From assembly GCF_006345805.1 (NCBI RefSeq), contig NC_043006.1, positions 65,720,001 through 65,784,000 on the forward strand: DNA of 64,000 nt, in the 5' to 3' direction. The notes beneath the pieces were generated by a model. It did not search any database. It was not told the DNA's origin and was given only the letters and a program-made list of their open reading frames with translations. The position numbers and the translations under genes were made by a program. The DNA is from Octopus sinensis. Its lineage: Eukaryota. Positions 50,509 to 64,000 of the stretch are shown here, piece by piece. Position 1 is the first letter of the stretch. Every line of letters starts with the position of its first letter.

Positions 50509-53500
50509 GTGAGTATAAAAATGAAATCCTTCACAAACAACTCTTTCATTGCTCGTTGTCTTTCCCAAATATTCCTTGTGTTTATATTAAAAAATATCTG
50601 TCCTGAATCCTTTTGGTGTGAACACTAAAGTGGTAGACTCTCTCTCTCTCTCTCTCTCATCTCTTTGACAAATGAGGGTTCAGCTAGACACAGCATAATA
50701 ATGACCATCACCCTATAGTCACCTGTGTGCAGGGTCAAAGCTAAAACCTTCCAGTAGCATCTACCTGTCCCCTATCATCTCTACCTTTTTGTCACTGGAC
50801 TTATGAAGAAAGTGTGTTTGTATTGCTGCTGGTGTCTTGGTTTACGGAGCAACCTGCTTGATGAATTTTATCATATTGGACAGGATTTGTGCAGAACCAG
50901 TCCTGCTCTCTTGTCCTTCAAACTTGTGTTAGTCTGGTTCAACAAGTGCCACAAACCCAGTGATTGTCAGGATGCAAAATTTGCTTGGATTTATCTTAAA
51001 GGGCTGAAGGACCTCATATGCTCTGGGTCTGTTGGGGTGTCTGTGAATGACCATTTCCGGGGGCAATTCTTTGACATGCTGATCAACCTACAACTGGGGC
51101 CCTTGCGGATTCTGCTATTCCAGATCAAAGTAGAGCAGAGAGCAATAGTAGCTAAGAGAGTGGTTCCACAATCCTCCAAAATCCTGCAACTTTCAAAGTG
51201 GGGCTCCACTACTGGATGCAGTTTAAAATAACACCAAAAATGATTCCTCAGAACCAAGCCTGCTTTGCATAGAAAAAAAAATCATTTTTTTGGTTTGTTT
51301 CATTTTATTTTAATGTCTGTTTTTCCATGCAGGCATGATTAAGATTGTTAAGTAACTGAGGCAAGATTTTTATAGTTGAATACTCTCCTTGTCACTAACC
51401 CCTACCTGCTTTTCAAATAAGGTGGGGCAGGGTTCAAGAAAATTTCAAAAGCACATTGCTAGCAGATGATTATAACATGAAATGTCAACAGGTGTCACCA
51501 GTTGCAGCTCAACAACAAACAGTGACATCCTCATTTGTAGCCATAACACAGCATGGATTATAAGCATTTACACAGACATGCATATGCGCACACACACACA
51601 CACACATAATGGATTCCTTTAAGTTTCCATCTACCAAATACCTTCCCAAAGTATTAGTTGCCTGGAGCTATAGCAGAAGATATTTGCTCAAAGTAATGCA
51701 CAATGTGACCGAGCCCAAAGCCACAAAGTTAAAGGGCAAACTTCTTAACTACATGGCCATGCCTGACACACAACTAATTGATATGCTTGACAGAGCTTTT
51801 ACATCTTAAGCAGTGTAAGTAACTGTTAGTAGTTTGGATGTATATGAGAGAGAGAGCGCGAGAGCGCTATTACATTGTATCTGGTACAGGTGGCTGTTCT
51901 TAGAACTATAGATGTGTCTGAGAGAGACATATTACAAACAAGAAAGACAGTTCCATGAAAAACATTTAAATTTTTGACTGCTTAGAAAATATACTTACCC
52001 TTTTCGATACTAACCTGCTTGAAACCACACCCCTGGTACTTTCATACAATCTTTCTATTTTAACCCTTTAGCCTTAAAACTGGCCATATCCTTCGTTATT
52101 TGTGTCATTATTGTTTTTAATGACAAATATTTGAAGAAATTTAATGAAAATACTTCATGGAATTGGTAAAAGGACAATAAAAATTCAGTCATTTTAATTT
52201 GATATAGTTGGAATATTTAATGTGGAATGTGTCTTTGACGAATACTAGAGAATATTGCATTGATATTTGGCTGGAAATTAGTGAGTTTTAGCCCCAAATT
52301 ACCCACACCCTTTCAGATTCAGTTTACTAATAATTCAATACCGTCAATGCTCAAAATCATTTTGGTGTTTATTGACCCTTTGGATAGCCACGTAGACCTT
52401 CAAGAAGCAGTAGTGACCACTTTGCCGACCCCTGGTTTACATCCTAAATGTTTCATATGAAAAAGTGCTGAGCTACAAGTGGTGAAGCTTGTTGTTATCT
52501 TCCTGCAATAAATTAGGTGTTGGCTCTGTGCTTTTGATGGCTTGTGGAATAAGAGATCCCTCTTTTGGAAGATGAACAATGGGTCAACAACAAGAAGAGT
52601 ATCTTGCTGTAAAACAATTCATCATTGTCATTTAACATCCATGTTTCCATACTCACATGAGTTGAACAGAATTTGTTGAAGCAGATTTTCCATGGCTGGA
52701 TGCCTTTCCTGTAGCCAACCATTACTTATATCCAAGTAGGGCAGTGTTTCCTCATGGTCAGATAAGTTTCCACAGAAGATTGGTAACAAAGGACCCTGCT
52801 TGCATGATGGTAACATTTGCTCAAAACCATCACATGATATCAAGGCTACAATATCATCGTCATTTAATGTCCGTTGTCCATGCTGGCATGAGTTGGATAG
52901 TTTGACCAGGGCTGGCAAGCTGCACCAAATTGCAGTCTGATTTGGCATGGTTTCTATGAAGCCCAAAACTCAAAGACCATGCTTCACCACCTTGTATTCA
53001 GTGATATGTATTCATCTAACCCATGCTAGCATCGAAAAACAGGTGTAAAAATGAACAATCAAATGATATGGTTTTTTAAACACATGTAGCCTGGTGGACA
53101 CACTTGATTGTTTCATTGATCCATGGGGGTCTAAACTGAATTCAGCCAACCATTTGGTCAGGGGACATAAATCCTGTGAATCAAACTAATAAGGATGAGT
53201 TAATGTGAAAAGCATTTATCATATTCATGTGTGAAGTACATTGCTTTTCCTTCAAATAATTTCGAAAACAATGAAGCATTTTGTAAAATAACTTTGTCGT
53301 TATTAAGCTGGTGTTTGGAATATAAATTAGTATGAAATTTTGATGAGAGTTTTTAATTTAGATCATTTCAAAATGGAATTTGTATGATGGAAGTAGGGGC
53401 ATTCTGAGACAGGTTGATATTAAAAGGGTTAAATAAAGTTTATTGGAAGCATCTTAGGTAGATGGATTGTGGAAATGGATTGGAACTCGTCCATCAGGCT

Positions 53501-54738
53501 ATAATCAGTAAACTGTATCTCACCCACCTTTACTCTGGGTGTTGTTTGTTCATTTGAATATCGGTGTTCGTTGGTTTTATCCTTAGGTTCATTCCTAGTG
53601 TGACACCCCAAGCAACTGTTTTCTTCTATAGCCCCAGGCTGACCAGTCTCTTAGAGGAAATTGCTAGGGATGGAAACTGCATGGAAGCCTGTCGTGTGTG
53701 TATGTGTGTCTGATTTGAAAAGTATCATTATTGTTTCCTGTGTGAAATTGCCTGAGTGAAGAAATGGTGTCATGGTGTTTTCATTCCAACAGTAATACAT
53801 CTTATAGCTCTTGCATGCTCTCAAAGTAGTAGAGTAACCTCTTCCTTCTTTTGTTTATTAAACAGGTAAAGGTTGGTGACAGGAAGAGCATCTAGTTGCA
53901 AAAATAATTTCTCATATAAGCTACCCCTGCTCAACCCAGAAAAACCAACATAAATAAACAACTATCTTCAGTTTATTTTAGAAAATATGTTTGAGATATT
54001 GCAGGCTTGTATTTTGAATAAATAGTAATATGGAAATAGTAACATGGCTGGAAGTGAAGGCACATGGCTCAGTGGTTAGAGCATTTAGCTTACAATCGTG
54101 AGGTTGTGAGTTTGATTCCTGGACTGGGCTGTGTGTTGTGTTCTTCAGCAAGACACTCTATTTCACATTGCTCCAGTTCACTCAGCTGTAGAAATGAGTT
54201 GCGACATTACTGGTGCCAAGCTGTATTAACCTTTGCCTTTCTCTTGGATAACATCAGTGGCGTGGAGAGGGGAGGCTGGTATGCACGGGCAACTGTTGGT
54301 CTTCCATAAAACAACCTTGCTCAGACTTGTGCCTCAGAGAATAACTTTCTAGGTGCAATCTTATGGGATCTTTACTTCTTACTCTTAATAGTAACATGAT
54401 AATTCAGAAACAGGCCTTTCACACCCACCCTACAATGTCACTCTAAAACTAAACCAGCACATCATTGAAATCTCAGAGCCATAAGATAATGCATGATTAA
54501 TACAAAACAACATGAATAAATGAGCATTAATTGGTACATATGACCATGTCATATTCCATTTGGAGTGATGTCTGTAGTTTCTCTGCATCTTAGCAAAGAT
54601 GTGTGTCTAATTTTTCTGTATTTTTATTTGAGAAAATCTGTGTGGAGTACTGTAAATTTGTATTTGAAGAAACAGAAACCATGATTGTGAATTCTTATTT
54701 TAAATAATTTCTTTTTTTTTTTTTTTTTTCTTTTGCAG

Positions 54739-54853
54739 ACATTTTGGTGAAAGCATTTGTGGCTCATCTGGTGTTTCTTCCACTCCCTTGCCGGGGCCAT
54801 CACTCACCATCAGTCAAACTCCCAACTTCACATTTGGAGATAAGCATTCATAG
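54739..54853 (+). CDS. Tlk: TLK probable terminal coding exon (HFGESICGSSGVSSTPLPGPSLTISQTPNFTFGDKHS*)
   Basis: Strong poly-T tract plus ttgcAG. Phase 2 matches exon 13. Ser/Pro/Thr-rich tail ends in TAG at 54851-54853. The sequence is not conserved, so support is splice logic only. Confidence 0.75.
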
Positions 54854-55518
54854 CCACTATTAATGTCACCGCTATAACGTGGTTCAGTCATCAGGAAGAG
54901 AAATGGTCGGGGAGCTAGCGATGATGAGAGAGAGGGAGTGTGGGCATTAAGAGGGAGAAAAAAAAAGAGAGAGAGAGATAGGGTGGTTGTGTTGTTGTTG
55001 GTGGTAGTAGTTGGAGTAGGCAAAGGCACATGTATGTATATATATGTATGTATATGCGGGAAGCGGTGGGGGGGAAGTGTGTGTGTATGTGAGATAGTGA
55101 GAGAGAGAGAAGAGAAAGAGAGAGGGTGAAAGGTGAGATTGAAACGAAGAATCGGAAGAATCGGTGTGTAGAGAGAAAGGAAGGAAAGACAGACACAGAT
55201 GAAGAGAAAGAGAGAGGACAATCTAATGAGTGTTTGGTTGGGCGAAGAAAGACGAGATAGAATGGGGTGGATGGGTAGGGTGTGGGGTTGGGGGTTTGAT
55301 AAAGAACACCAACACTCCTGCCCGCCTCTCATCCGTCTCAGAAAGGAAAAGAAGAAGAAGGAAATATAAAAAAAAAAGACACAAGCAACAACAACAGCAT
55401 CGACATTTACCACAACTACTACAACAACAACTACAACAGCAACTATAAGAGAACTTCAACAAGGTGGAGGGAGCTGCTATTTCTATCAAGGAACCAAGCT
55501 GCTAACACTGACCACCAC

Positions 55519-55553
<35 letters not shown>

Positions 55554-56700
55554 CCGTCACCACCACCACCAACACTGTGTCGCCACAAACACCTCCACCA
55601 CTGTCCACTGCGCCAGAGTTTTGTTGGTCATTTTCATTCGGTTGTTTAAGATGACGATGACGACGACGAAGAAGAAGACTGGAAGATCCCATGAGTGGAT
55701 ATTTACATCATCTCTTGTGGCAAACTGATCATCTGTGACCACCACCACCATTACCATCATCATCATCATCATTATCACCACCATCATCACCAACACCCAC
55801 ACTATCATAACCACTACAACTACTACTACCACCACCACCACCACCAAAAGATGTACAAGTAGAGATTCTCTTCCTCTTCCTCCTCCTCCAGCTGAGCCTC
55901 CTACTACTACCACTGTCAGTCCTCCTCCTCTTCTTTCCCCCCTCTTCATTCTTGCAAATACATGCCTATTGTAGATGGCGCTGCTTGCTGCTGTCACTTT
56001 CTGCTCTGGTCCGCCATCACACCCCCTTCTCTCCCCTCCCAATGACACAAGCCATCCAACCTCACACACACACAATAACACATGCACACATACACATTAT
56101 AGTGTATGTGTTTGTATTTGTGTATTTATAAGTAAAGTGTGTGTGTATACATACACACACACAGATATATATATATGTATGTATAAATGTATAAACACAC
56201 ACACATTCACTCATTTACTCACACATACACACTCGCTGAGTCACCACTTACACTCAGCAATGCATAATCACACACTGATGTCAATTCACATTAGCAAATG
56301 CACACACACATACATACACACACACACACACAAACACAAAGGTGAGAGAAAGAGGGAAAAGAGAGAGAGAGAGAGGAAGGCAGACATGGCTGATCACTCC
56401 TTGCCAAGTTCACTAGCTCACCCTCCCCCCTGTTCCCTCCCCCTATCCGATAGTGACTCTTTATTTGAGAAAAAGACAGAAAGAAAGTAAGAACGAAAGA
56501 AAGAAAATAAGTAAGAAAGAAAGAGAAAAGAATAATATAAACAAATAAACACATTGAAAAAAATAAACAAAAAGAAAAACTGACATAGAAACAAGCTAAA
56601 AAAAATAATAATAATAATAATAAAAATGAATTCTTGTGTATTTCTCCTTTTTCTTCTTCCTCCTACTCTTAACTCATTCCTGGTCATCACTGTTGTTATT
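54854..56700 (+). other. Probable TLK 3' UTR (mosaic of microsatellites and unique sequence)
   Basis: Follows the stop codon and has no SINE copies. AATAAA at 56544 and 56562. The true 3' end is unknown. Confidence 0.5.
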
Positions 56701-57551
56701 ATTATTATTATTATTATTACTAGTAAGGTAGTGAGTTTGCAGGGCCGTTAGCACGCTGGGCGAAATGCTTGGCCGCGTTTTGTCTGTCTTTGCGTTCTAA
56801 GTTCAAATCCTGCCAAGGTTTGACTTTGTCTTTCATCTTTTCGGGGGTTGTCGATAAAATAAGTACTAATTGAGCAGTGGGGTTGGTGGGGATGGTCGAT
56901 GTAATCGACTCGACTCCTTCCCCTAAAATTGCTGGCCTTGTGCCAAAATTTGATACCTTTATTATTATTCGTATTCTTATTATTATTATTAAGGCGGCAG
57001 GCTGGCAGAATTGGTAGCATGCCGGACGAAATGCTTGGTGGCGTTTTGTATGTGCTTGCGTTCTGAGTTCAGATTCCACCGAGGTCGACTTTCTCCTTTC
57101 ATCCTTTTGGGGGTGGGGGTGGGGTGATAAAATAAGTGCCAGTCATGCGCTGGGGGGTTGATGTCATCGACTAAACCCTCCACCCCAACCCCCTCCCCCT
57201 GTAATTGCTGGCCTTGTGCCAAAATTGAAACCATTGTTATCAGGTTTTGTTATCTTTGTCATCAGCATCATCATCGTCATCATCATCACCATCCTCATGG
57301 AATTTGTGTTTTGTATATTTTTTTTTATTTCAGTCTATTTCCCCCCTCTCTCTCTCTCTCTCTCCTTCTTTCTCTGTTTCTAAGTATTTGGTTTGTTGTT
57401 GTTGGTGTCTCATTTTATGTGTGTGTGTGTGTATGTGAGGAATTTACAAAAGGAAATCAGGTGGAGGGGTGAAAAAACCCCCATAATTACAATAAAAGCA
57501 ATACCTCTAGAGAATATGAGGGAAGAAAAAGGAGAGAGACTGATATATACA

Positions 57552-57591
<40 letters not shown>

Positions 57592-59688
57592 TCATCATAA
57601 TTATCAGCTTGCATGGGTTGGATAGAATTTGTTAAGGCAAATTTTCTATAACTGAATGCCCTATCCTGTTGCCAACCCTCATCTGTTTCCGAACAAGGTA
57701 ATATTTTCCATGACCACAAACACACATACAAAATGGGCTTCTTTCAGTTTCCCTGTTCCCAAACCAAATTGCAAGGGTTTGTTCAGCCCAGGGCTTTAGT
57801 AGAAGACACTTGCTCAAGATGGCATGCAATGAGATTGAACCAAACACCATGTGATTGCAAAGCACACTGCTACATCATACATATGTTTGTGAGTTTACAT
57901 CCCCACAACTTAGTGGTTCACCAAAAGAGACCAATAGAATAAATACCAAGTTTTTAAAAAAAAGTAAGTCCTGGGGTCAATTTGCTCGACTAAAATTTCT
58001 TTGAGGTGGTGGTGAAACAAATACAAGATAAATATAGGCGCAGGAGTGGCTGCGTGGTAAGTATTTTGCATACCAATCACATGGTCTCAGGTTCAGTCCC
58101 ACTGTGTGGTACCTTGTGAGTGGATTTGATAGACGGAAACAGAAAGAAGCTCATCATGTATATATATATATATGTATGTATGTATATGTTTGTTTGTCCC
58201 ACCACCACCGGTGTTGGTGTGTTTACATCCCCTGTAAATTTGCAGTTTGACAAAAGAGAACGATAGAATAAGTACTAAGCTTACAAAGAATGAATCCTAG
58301 GGTTGATTTGTTCAGCTAAAGGCAGTGCTCTAGCATGGTCGCAGTCAAGTGACAAACAAATGAAAGAATATATATATATATTTAGAGAGAGAGAGGTGCA
58401 GACATGGCTGTGTGGTAAGATGCTTGATTCTCAACCACATGGTTCTGGGTTCAGTTCTAATGTGTGACACCTTATGAGTGGATTTGGTAGACAGAAACTG
58501 AAGGAAGCCTGTTTGTGTATGTGTTGTCCTTATCCTGACATCATGTGATGGTTGTAAATACGCATCACCTTCCTAGAAGTGATGCTGTTCATTTCCAATC
58601 TTCGATGAAAAACACGTCTGGCCATGAGGAAATATTCGCTCACTTTACTTGGAGATAGGTGAGGGTTAACGACAGGAAGAGCATCCTGCTGTAGAAGTCT
58701 GCCTGAACAAATTCTGTTCAACACATGCCAGCCTAGAAAAGTAGATATTAAAATAGTGATAATGATGATGAGAATGATATTGTCATGTCTTCTGATTCCT
58801 CCTTGTCTCACTGTTTCAGACAAATTTCTCTTCTACATGTAGGATGATTTGGCTATTTCAGAAATCAGAGTCTTTCAAAATATGTATTGCTTTGTCAAAG
58901 TTTTCCATCTCTGCCTCGTTTCTATCTCCTTGTTTCCTCTCTCTCTCTCACTCTCTGTCCGTCTGTCTGTCTCTCTCTGTATGTGTTCTTGATAGAATAA
59001 GGAAAATGCAGTGTGCTCTTTGGACAGTATAAGACCTGTGACCTTCCATAAAGACTTTGAGGCTCATTAAACGGTCGTTGATCTGATATTATCTATTGCT
59101 TGATTGGCTTTGTTAACGAGTTTCACTGCTTTCGTGGAAGGTCACTTGCTGGTTATAGATTGTCTGGTGTTTCTCAAGTTTTATACCAATATTATGTGTG
59201 TGTGAAGTGTGTGGCCTAGTGGTTAAGTGCATTGCGCTCACAATCTTGCCATCATAAGTTTGATTCCTGGATTGAGCAATGCATTGTGTTCTTGAGCAAA
59301 ACACTTCATTGCTTCAGTTCACTCAACATTAACTGGGTAACCCTGTGATGGACTGGCATCATTTGAAAGCAAAAATAATGCAAAGCACATTGTGACCAGC
59401 GGTGTATAACAGCATCTGATAGTCTGCTTGATCACCTGAAATTTATATATATATGTGTGTGTATGTGTATATATATATATATATATATATGCATGTATAC
59501 ACATATGTATTATATTGGTATAATCAATGTACAATTTACTACTTTATACAGACACACACTCATCATATGTACGTATGTGTATGTATATATGTATGTCTTA
59601 CTCTACTCTCATATTGAGCATACTTTTCATTCAAGTCATTTCATTTTGAGTGCATGCGTACCCACATTATATGGCTGTGTTTGAACAT

Positions 59689-59930
59689 TAAACTGTTTTT
59701 ATCCTGCCTCAACACTCCACTACATCATAAAACTGAGCTGCTCCTAACCAAATTGTATTACTCCTGCCTCAATAGTCCATTTTGTCAAAATGCCTCAGGA
59801 TTCTACTACTTCATAAAACTGTGGTACTCTTGCCTCTGTACTCTACTACAACATAAATCTGTATCACTCCTGCCTCGATATTCCTCCATAACATCAAAAC
59901 TGTGTACTTTGCCCCCAGCCACTCTAAATT
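59689..59930. repeat. Degenerate ~40-bp minisatellite (aaaactgtg.tactcctgcctc...ctactac.tcat), ~6 copies
   Basis: Recurrent aaactg / ctcctgcctc / ctactac motifs. Confidence 0.7.
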
Positions 59931-60900
59931 CTCTCCGTCTCTAATCCATTGCCACCAACAAATGTAGATTTTAACAAAACGTTTGATAGGATGTATAAAA
60001 TATATTTCTCAGATTCCGTGAGATGAAAGATGTGTACCACCGCATCACCTTGTTACCTTTAATCGATCAGATGTTACGATGGAGCAGGCTGGAATCATCT
60101 TCTCTCATATTGAGATAAAGACTGATAGATTCTGTATATACTTTTCAATTGAACAAGAAAACTTTATATACTTTGTATACCTTTCTCTCTTCTTCCTCTT
60201 GTCTTCTTTTCCCCCTTTTTCCTCGTTTTTTTTTTTTTTTGTTACATTTTTTTTTTATATCTTCCCCATTCTTTTTGTTATCCAGCCTGCTAATCCAGTT
60301 CATTTGGCTCTATCGATCAGTTTCACCAGTTTACACCTTATTACCACTGGCCCTTGGTGAGATCTTTGCGACTGCACATCTGGAAGATTACACCTAGTAG
60401 GGTTGGCTATGTCTACAAAACCTGCTCTACCACAATGTCTGCTGTGATTGTCTTCCCATTAACCATTACTGTCACAGCCAAATAGAAAGGGAGGATTGTC
60501 CACTTTCCCAAAACATTGGTCCTCTCCAGTTGTGCAAATGGTCTTGATGAAGCTGTCAGCATCACTTCTATCTTGTCTCTTGTCATCATCATCATTACCA
60601 CCACTAGCTACATCATCATCATCGACAGCAACATTAGCCAGTTCGCTGTGAATGCTGTTTGTTGTTCAGCAGACCACTGCAGTCCCAGTGATCTGGTTTC
60701 AATTCCCAGCTATGATGTTGTAACTAATACTTTGGTGGAAAAGCATTTATGTTCTACAAACCTCGTCATCATCATCATCATCATAATTATAATTATCACC
60801 ATCCTTTGACTTGTATAACTACTCATCATGAAAGCTTCAAAAGTGTATCAGACGACCTATATGCCACATAGTACTTACATATTAGCTCTCACTCCTCCCT

Positions 60901-60933
<33 letters not shown>

Positions 60934-61698
60934 TCTCTCTCTCTCTCTCACTTCGTCTCTCTCTCTCTCTCTCCCCATTCACTTCAAACCCCATCAGAAA
61001 TCAACTTTTCCCCTTTCATCTCTCCGGTGTTTGATGAAATAAATAAAAGACACGAGCCGAGCCCAGTGATGTGGGTTCAATTCAAACAAGTGGCCAACCG
61101 ACCAGACCAAAAAAAACCTCCTTTACAAATTTTGTTACATTGTGCCAATGTCAAAAGTCAAAATGTGACCCAGAAAAAAAAAAGGAAAAAAAAAGGGAGG
61201 GGGTGAAGAACAGGTGTTTGTTGTTTTTTTTATTTATTTATTTTTCTTGAATAAATGAGAATATTATAGGGGAATACAATATTTGCAGTTAGCATCATAA
61301 TTATCAATATCATTATAATTAATTATCATCGTCATCGTCATCATCATTGTCATCATCACTTTGTTTACAGCTATGTTTTTTCTCGCTTGAAGAAAATAAC
61401 CAGGCACTGGTGTAGAATGCTTTATGACATCACAAATTTGTCTTAGAGAAACAATGGTGGTACAGTAACCTGAATTTCCTCCAAATGTTACTGGTCTTTT
61501 ATTTGAAACAACCCCACACACCCTCCTCTCTTCGTCTCCTCTGTTTCCATTGTCAAAGAATGACCAGACAAAAATTTGATCTCATCACCAGCAAATGTTG
61601 TACAGTACTGGACTGATTATCTATTGACCTTGGGGCTGGAAGTGTACTGGATTTCTGGATTTTCTGATTCTCTGGAGACAGTCTAAATGTATACTTAA

Positions 61699-61827
61699 CC
61701 TTTAGCATGCTTACGCACATCATGTCACCGTACGAGTTTTCTCCCCTGTATCTGCAGGCACATTGTGTCACATTGAAAGGGGAGAAAATTCTTACATTGA
61801 CATGATGCACCTGCTGCATGCTAAAGG
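61699..61827. mobile_element. Short piggyBac-like MITE, 129 bp
   Basis: Perfect 12-bp TIR CCTTTAGCATGC; flanks TTAA / TTGA. Confidence 0.75.
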
Positions 61828-64000
61828 TTGAAATATAAAGTAAATTATGAAAAGTAAAGAGCTAAATTGTATTTAACAGATTCAAATTCTTAAAATACAT
61901 TATATTATTCCATGTACACAGTATAATGTTTATAGGATGAAAATTAAATGAAGCAAAGTAAAGAACATGATTCTATTTAACAGAAACAGGTACAAATTAA
62001 TACAGTTCTAATGCTGAGTAGGTTTAATTTTTATCAAAACACAAAAGTCAAGAATGGAACTATGTTTAACAAATCAACCGACTTCCAAAATGGTCTGTTA
62101 ACTCCATACAGAGTACAGCATATTCCATGTTAATGCACATTAATCCTAGATTTCTGACAGCTGGATAAGAAGTCTGGTTCTGTACTAAAATACATTCTTT
62201 TCATATTTATAAACAAACACTAAAAAAGCTGAGTGAGTTGGTATTTTAAAAATGAAGGAAATCTCAAATGCTGGAGAACAGCTGTGAAAACAGAGTATCA
62301 GGTAAAATAGAGTCTAGAACAATAACCCCCATGGTCGACAGATGATGATTTAAAACCTGTTAATATATTGGAGAGGGGGTAGTTGTCCTAGGGAGGTAAT
62401 TGTCCTAATACTGGTAAAATATACTTATAGATGGAAAAAAAAGGGAGGCAGAGCCAGTAAGAATTATAGTTTAGAGTTAGATTCTCTGTTGCAACTTGCT
62501 GGTCACTCTTTTCTATCTATAAGGGGTATTTTACCCATCCCTGTTTTCATAGCTCTTCTTCCTGCATTTGAGATTTCTTTCATTTCTAAAATATTCTTTT
62601 TATTGTTGTTATTTAACCCCAGGTTAACCTGATCCAGCAGAATTGTGATCAAAAGTGTTTTATTTATGACCATCCCAACTAATTTTTATTTAGATATATC
62701 TAGAAATACATTAAGTGTGTCTTTATTTCCCTTTTTTTTTTTAAGATGGGTGTAATTTGAGGGAAAATGGTTTCTAAATCTTGTATATAATCATCATCAT
62801 CGTTTACTGTCCGTGCTGGGAGGGTGGAGAGTTTGACAGGAGCCATTAAGCTAGAGGACTGCACCAAGCTCCAATGTCTCCTTTGGCATGTTACAGTTGT
62901 TACAGTTGCATGTCCTCCCTAATGTCAACCACTTCATAGAGTGTACAAGGTGCTTTTTATGTGACTCTAGCACCAGTGAGGCCACCAAGGAACTCGCAAG
63001 ACAAGAACCTCCACTGACCACCCTCCCCCATTGAGTGGGAATGCCAGATAATGAGAGGCTAAAGTATGATAAAGGGACAGAAACAAGTTTTTTTGATATA
63101 GAGGAGATAGATGGCTACTCCAGCTGAAAAGAACAGAAGATGGTCATAAAGAAGTATCAGTGTACCCTCAGGTTACAGAAAGGTGAAGTATAATATGTTG
63201 TTGCTGTTGTTTGTTCCTTCTTGATCCATGCCTGGATCATAAGGGTCAGTTTCCTTGGTGTATAGGTTCCCCACCTGAATGAGACACTGGTCCATCGCAG
63301 GTGAGCAGCTAGGAAAGTTGTGGTGAAAGAGTCAGCAGAAGTTCACCATTACTTTCTTATTTCTTTATTGTTCACAAGGGGACAGACAAAGGGATTAAGT
63401 CGATTACATCGACTGAAGTGTGTCACTGGTACTTAATTTATTGACCCTGAAAGGATGAAAGGCAAAGTCGACCACAGTGGAATTTCAACTCAGAACGTAA
63501 AGGCAGACGAAATACCGCTAAGCATTTTGTCCGGTGTCCTAACAATTCTGCTAGATCGCCGCCTTTACTTTCACCATTACTTTCTGCCAGAGCCATGTGG
63601 AGCTTAGGTGTTTCACTCATAAACACACACATCGCCCGGTCTGAAATTCGAACCCATGTTCCCTCGACCTCGAGTCTGCTACTGTAACCACTAGGCTATG
63701 TGCCTCCACAGAGTATAAGATATAGTGTAATAAATATTAGTTATCATACCTTGATACTGTGTGGACTGAGATTCTCATTGAGAGGCTCCTTGTTATTAAA
63801 TAGAATGTGAACACCAACAGTATACAGATTAGTACCTGCAATCCTCTGTAGCTATTGTAATTGTTGAATATATAAACAAATTGGCTGCTTGTTTCTCAGA
63901 GATCGGTTAGATTGATGTAGACGTCTCTGATGAGAGTCCAATAAGGTTGTCCATAATCCCATTGCACTACCACATCTTGGGCAGGGCAGGGCAGTGTCTT

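Noticed and set aside
50803-51231. 142-aa ORF as a nested gene
   Set aside because: No recognisable domain or splice structure; it overlaps an old repeat shared with 30890-31090.
54814-56087. Minus-strand ORFs of 176-199 aa over the TLK 3' region
   Set aside because: Low-complexity translations of microsatellites with no domain signal.
63927-63960. CTGATGAGAGTCCAATAAGG resembling the Schistosoma hammerhead stem II
   Set aside because: The GAAA and NUH elements are absent.

Overview
Eukaryotic, AT-rich and very repeat-dense genomic window. The microsatellite load and SINE landscape point to an octopus (coleoid cephalopod); this is inference, not a database result. The only protein-coding gene I can support is a Tousled-like kinase (TLK) on the + strand. 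It has 14 GT-AG coding exons (4983-54853) whose splice phases join into one 549-aa open frame: coiled-coil region, kinase domain ([32 protein letters not shown]) and a short C-tail. The N-terminal exons are not seen and presumably lie upstream of the window. The introns hold several tRNA-derived SINE families, RTE-type LINE fragments, hAT-, piggyBac- and pogo-like MITEs, minisatellites and microsatellites. The most unusual element is a tRNA-headed SINE whose 3' part folds as a minimal type I hammerhead ribozyme (22863-22908). It lies on the TLK sense strand with an inverted partial copy directly upstream. Other points: a decayed C2H2 zinc-finger relic, a 37-bp hairpin minisatellite, nested transposons, long fold-back repeats next to kinase exons, an element always flanked by (TTA)n, and a possible convergent gene end at the right edge. 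Exon coordinates were counted by hand; repeat boundaries are approximate unless a TSD or TIR is quoted.
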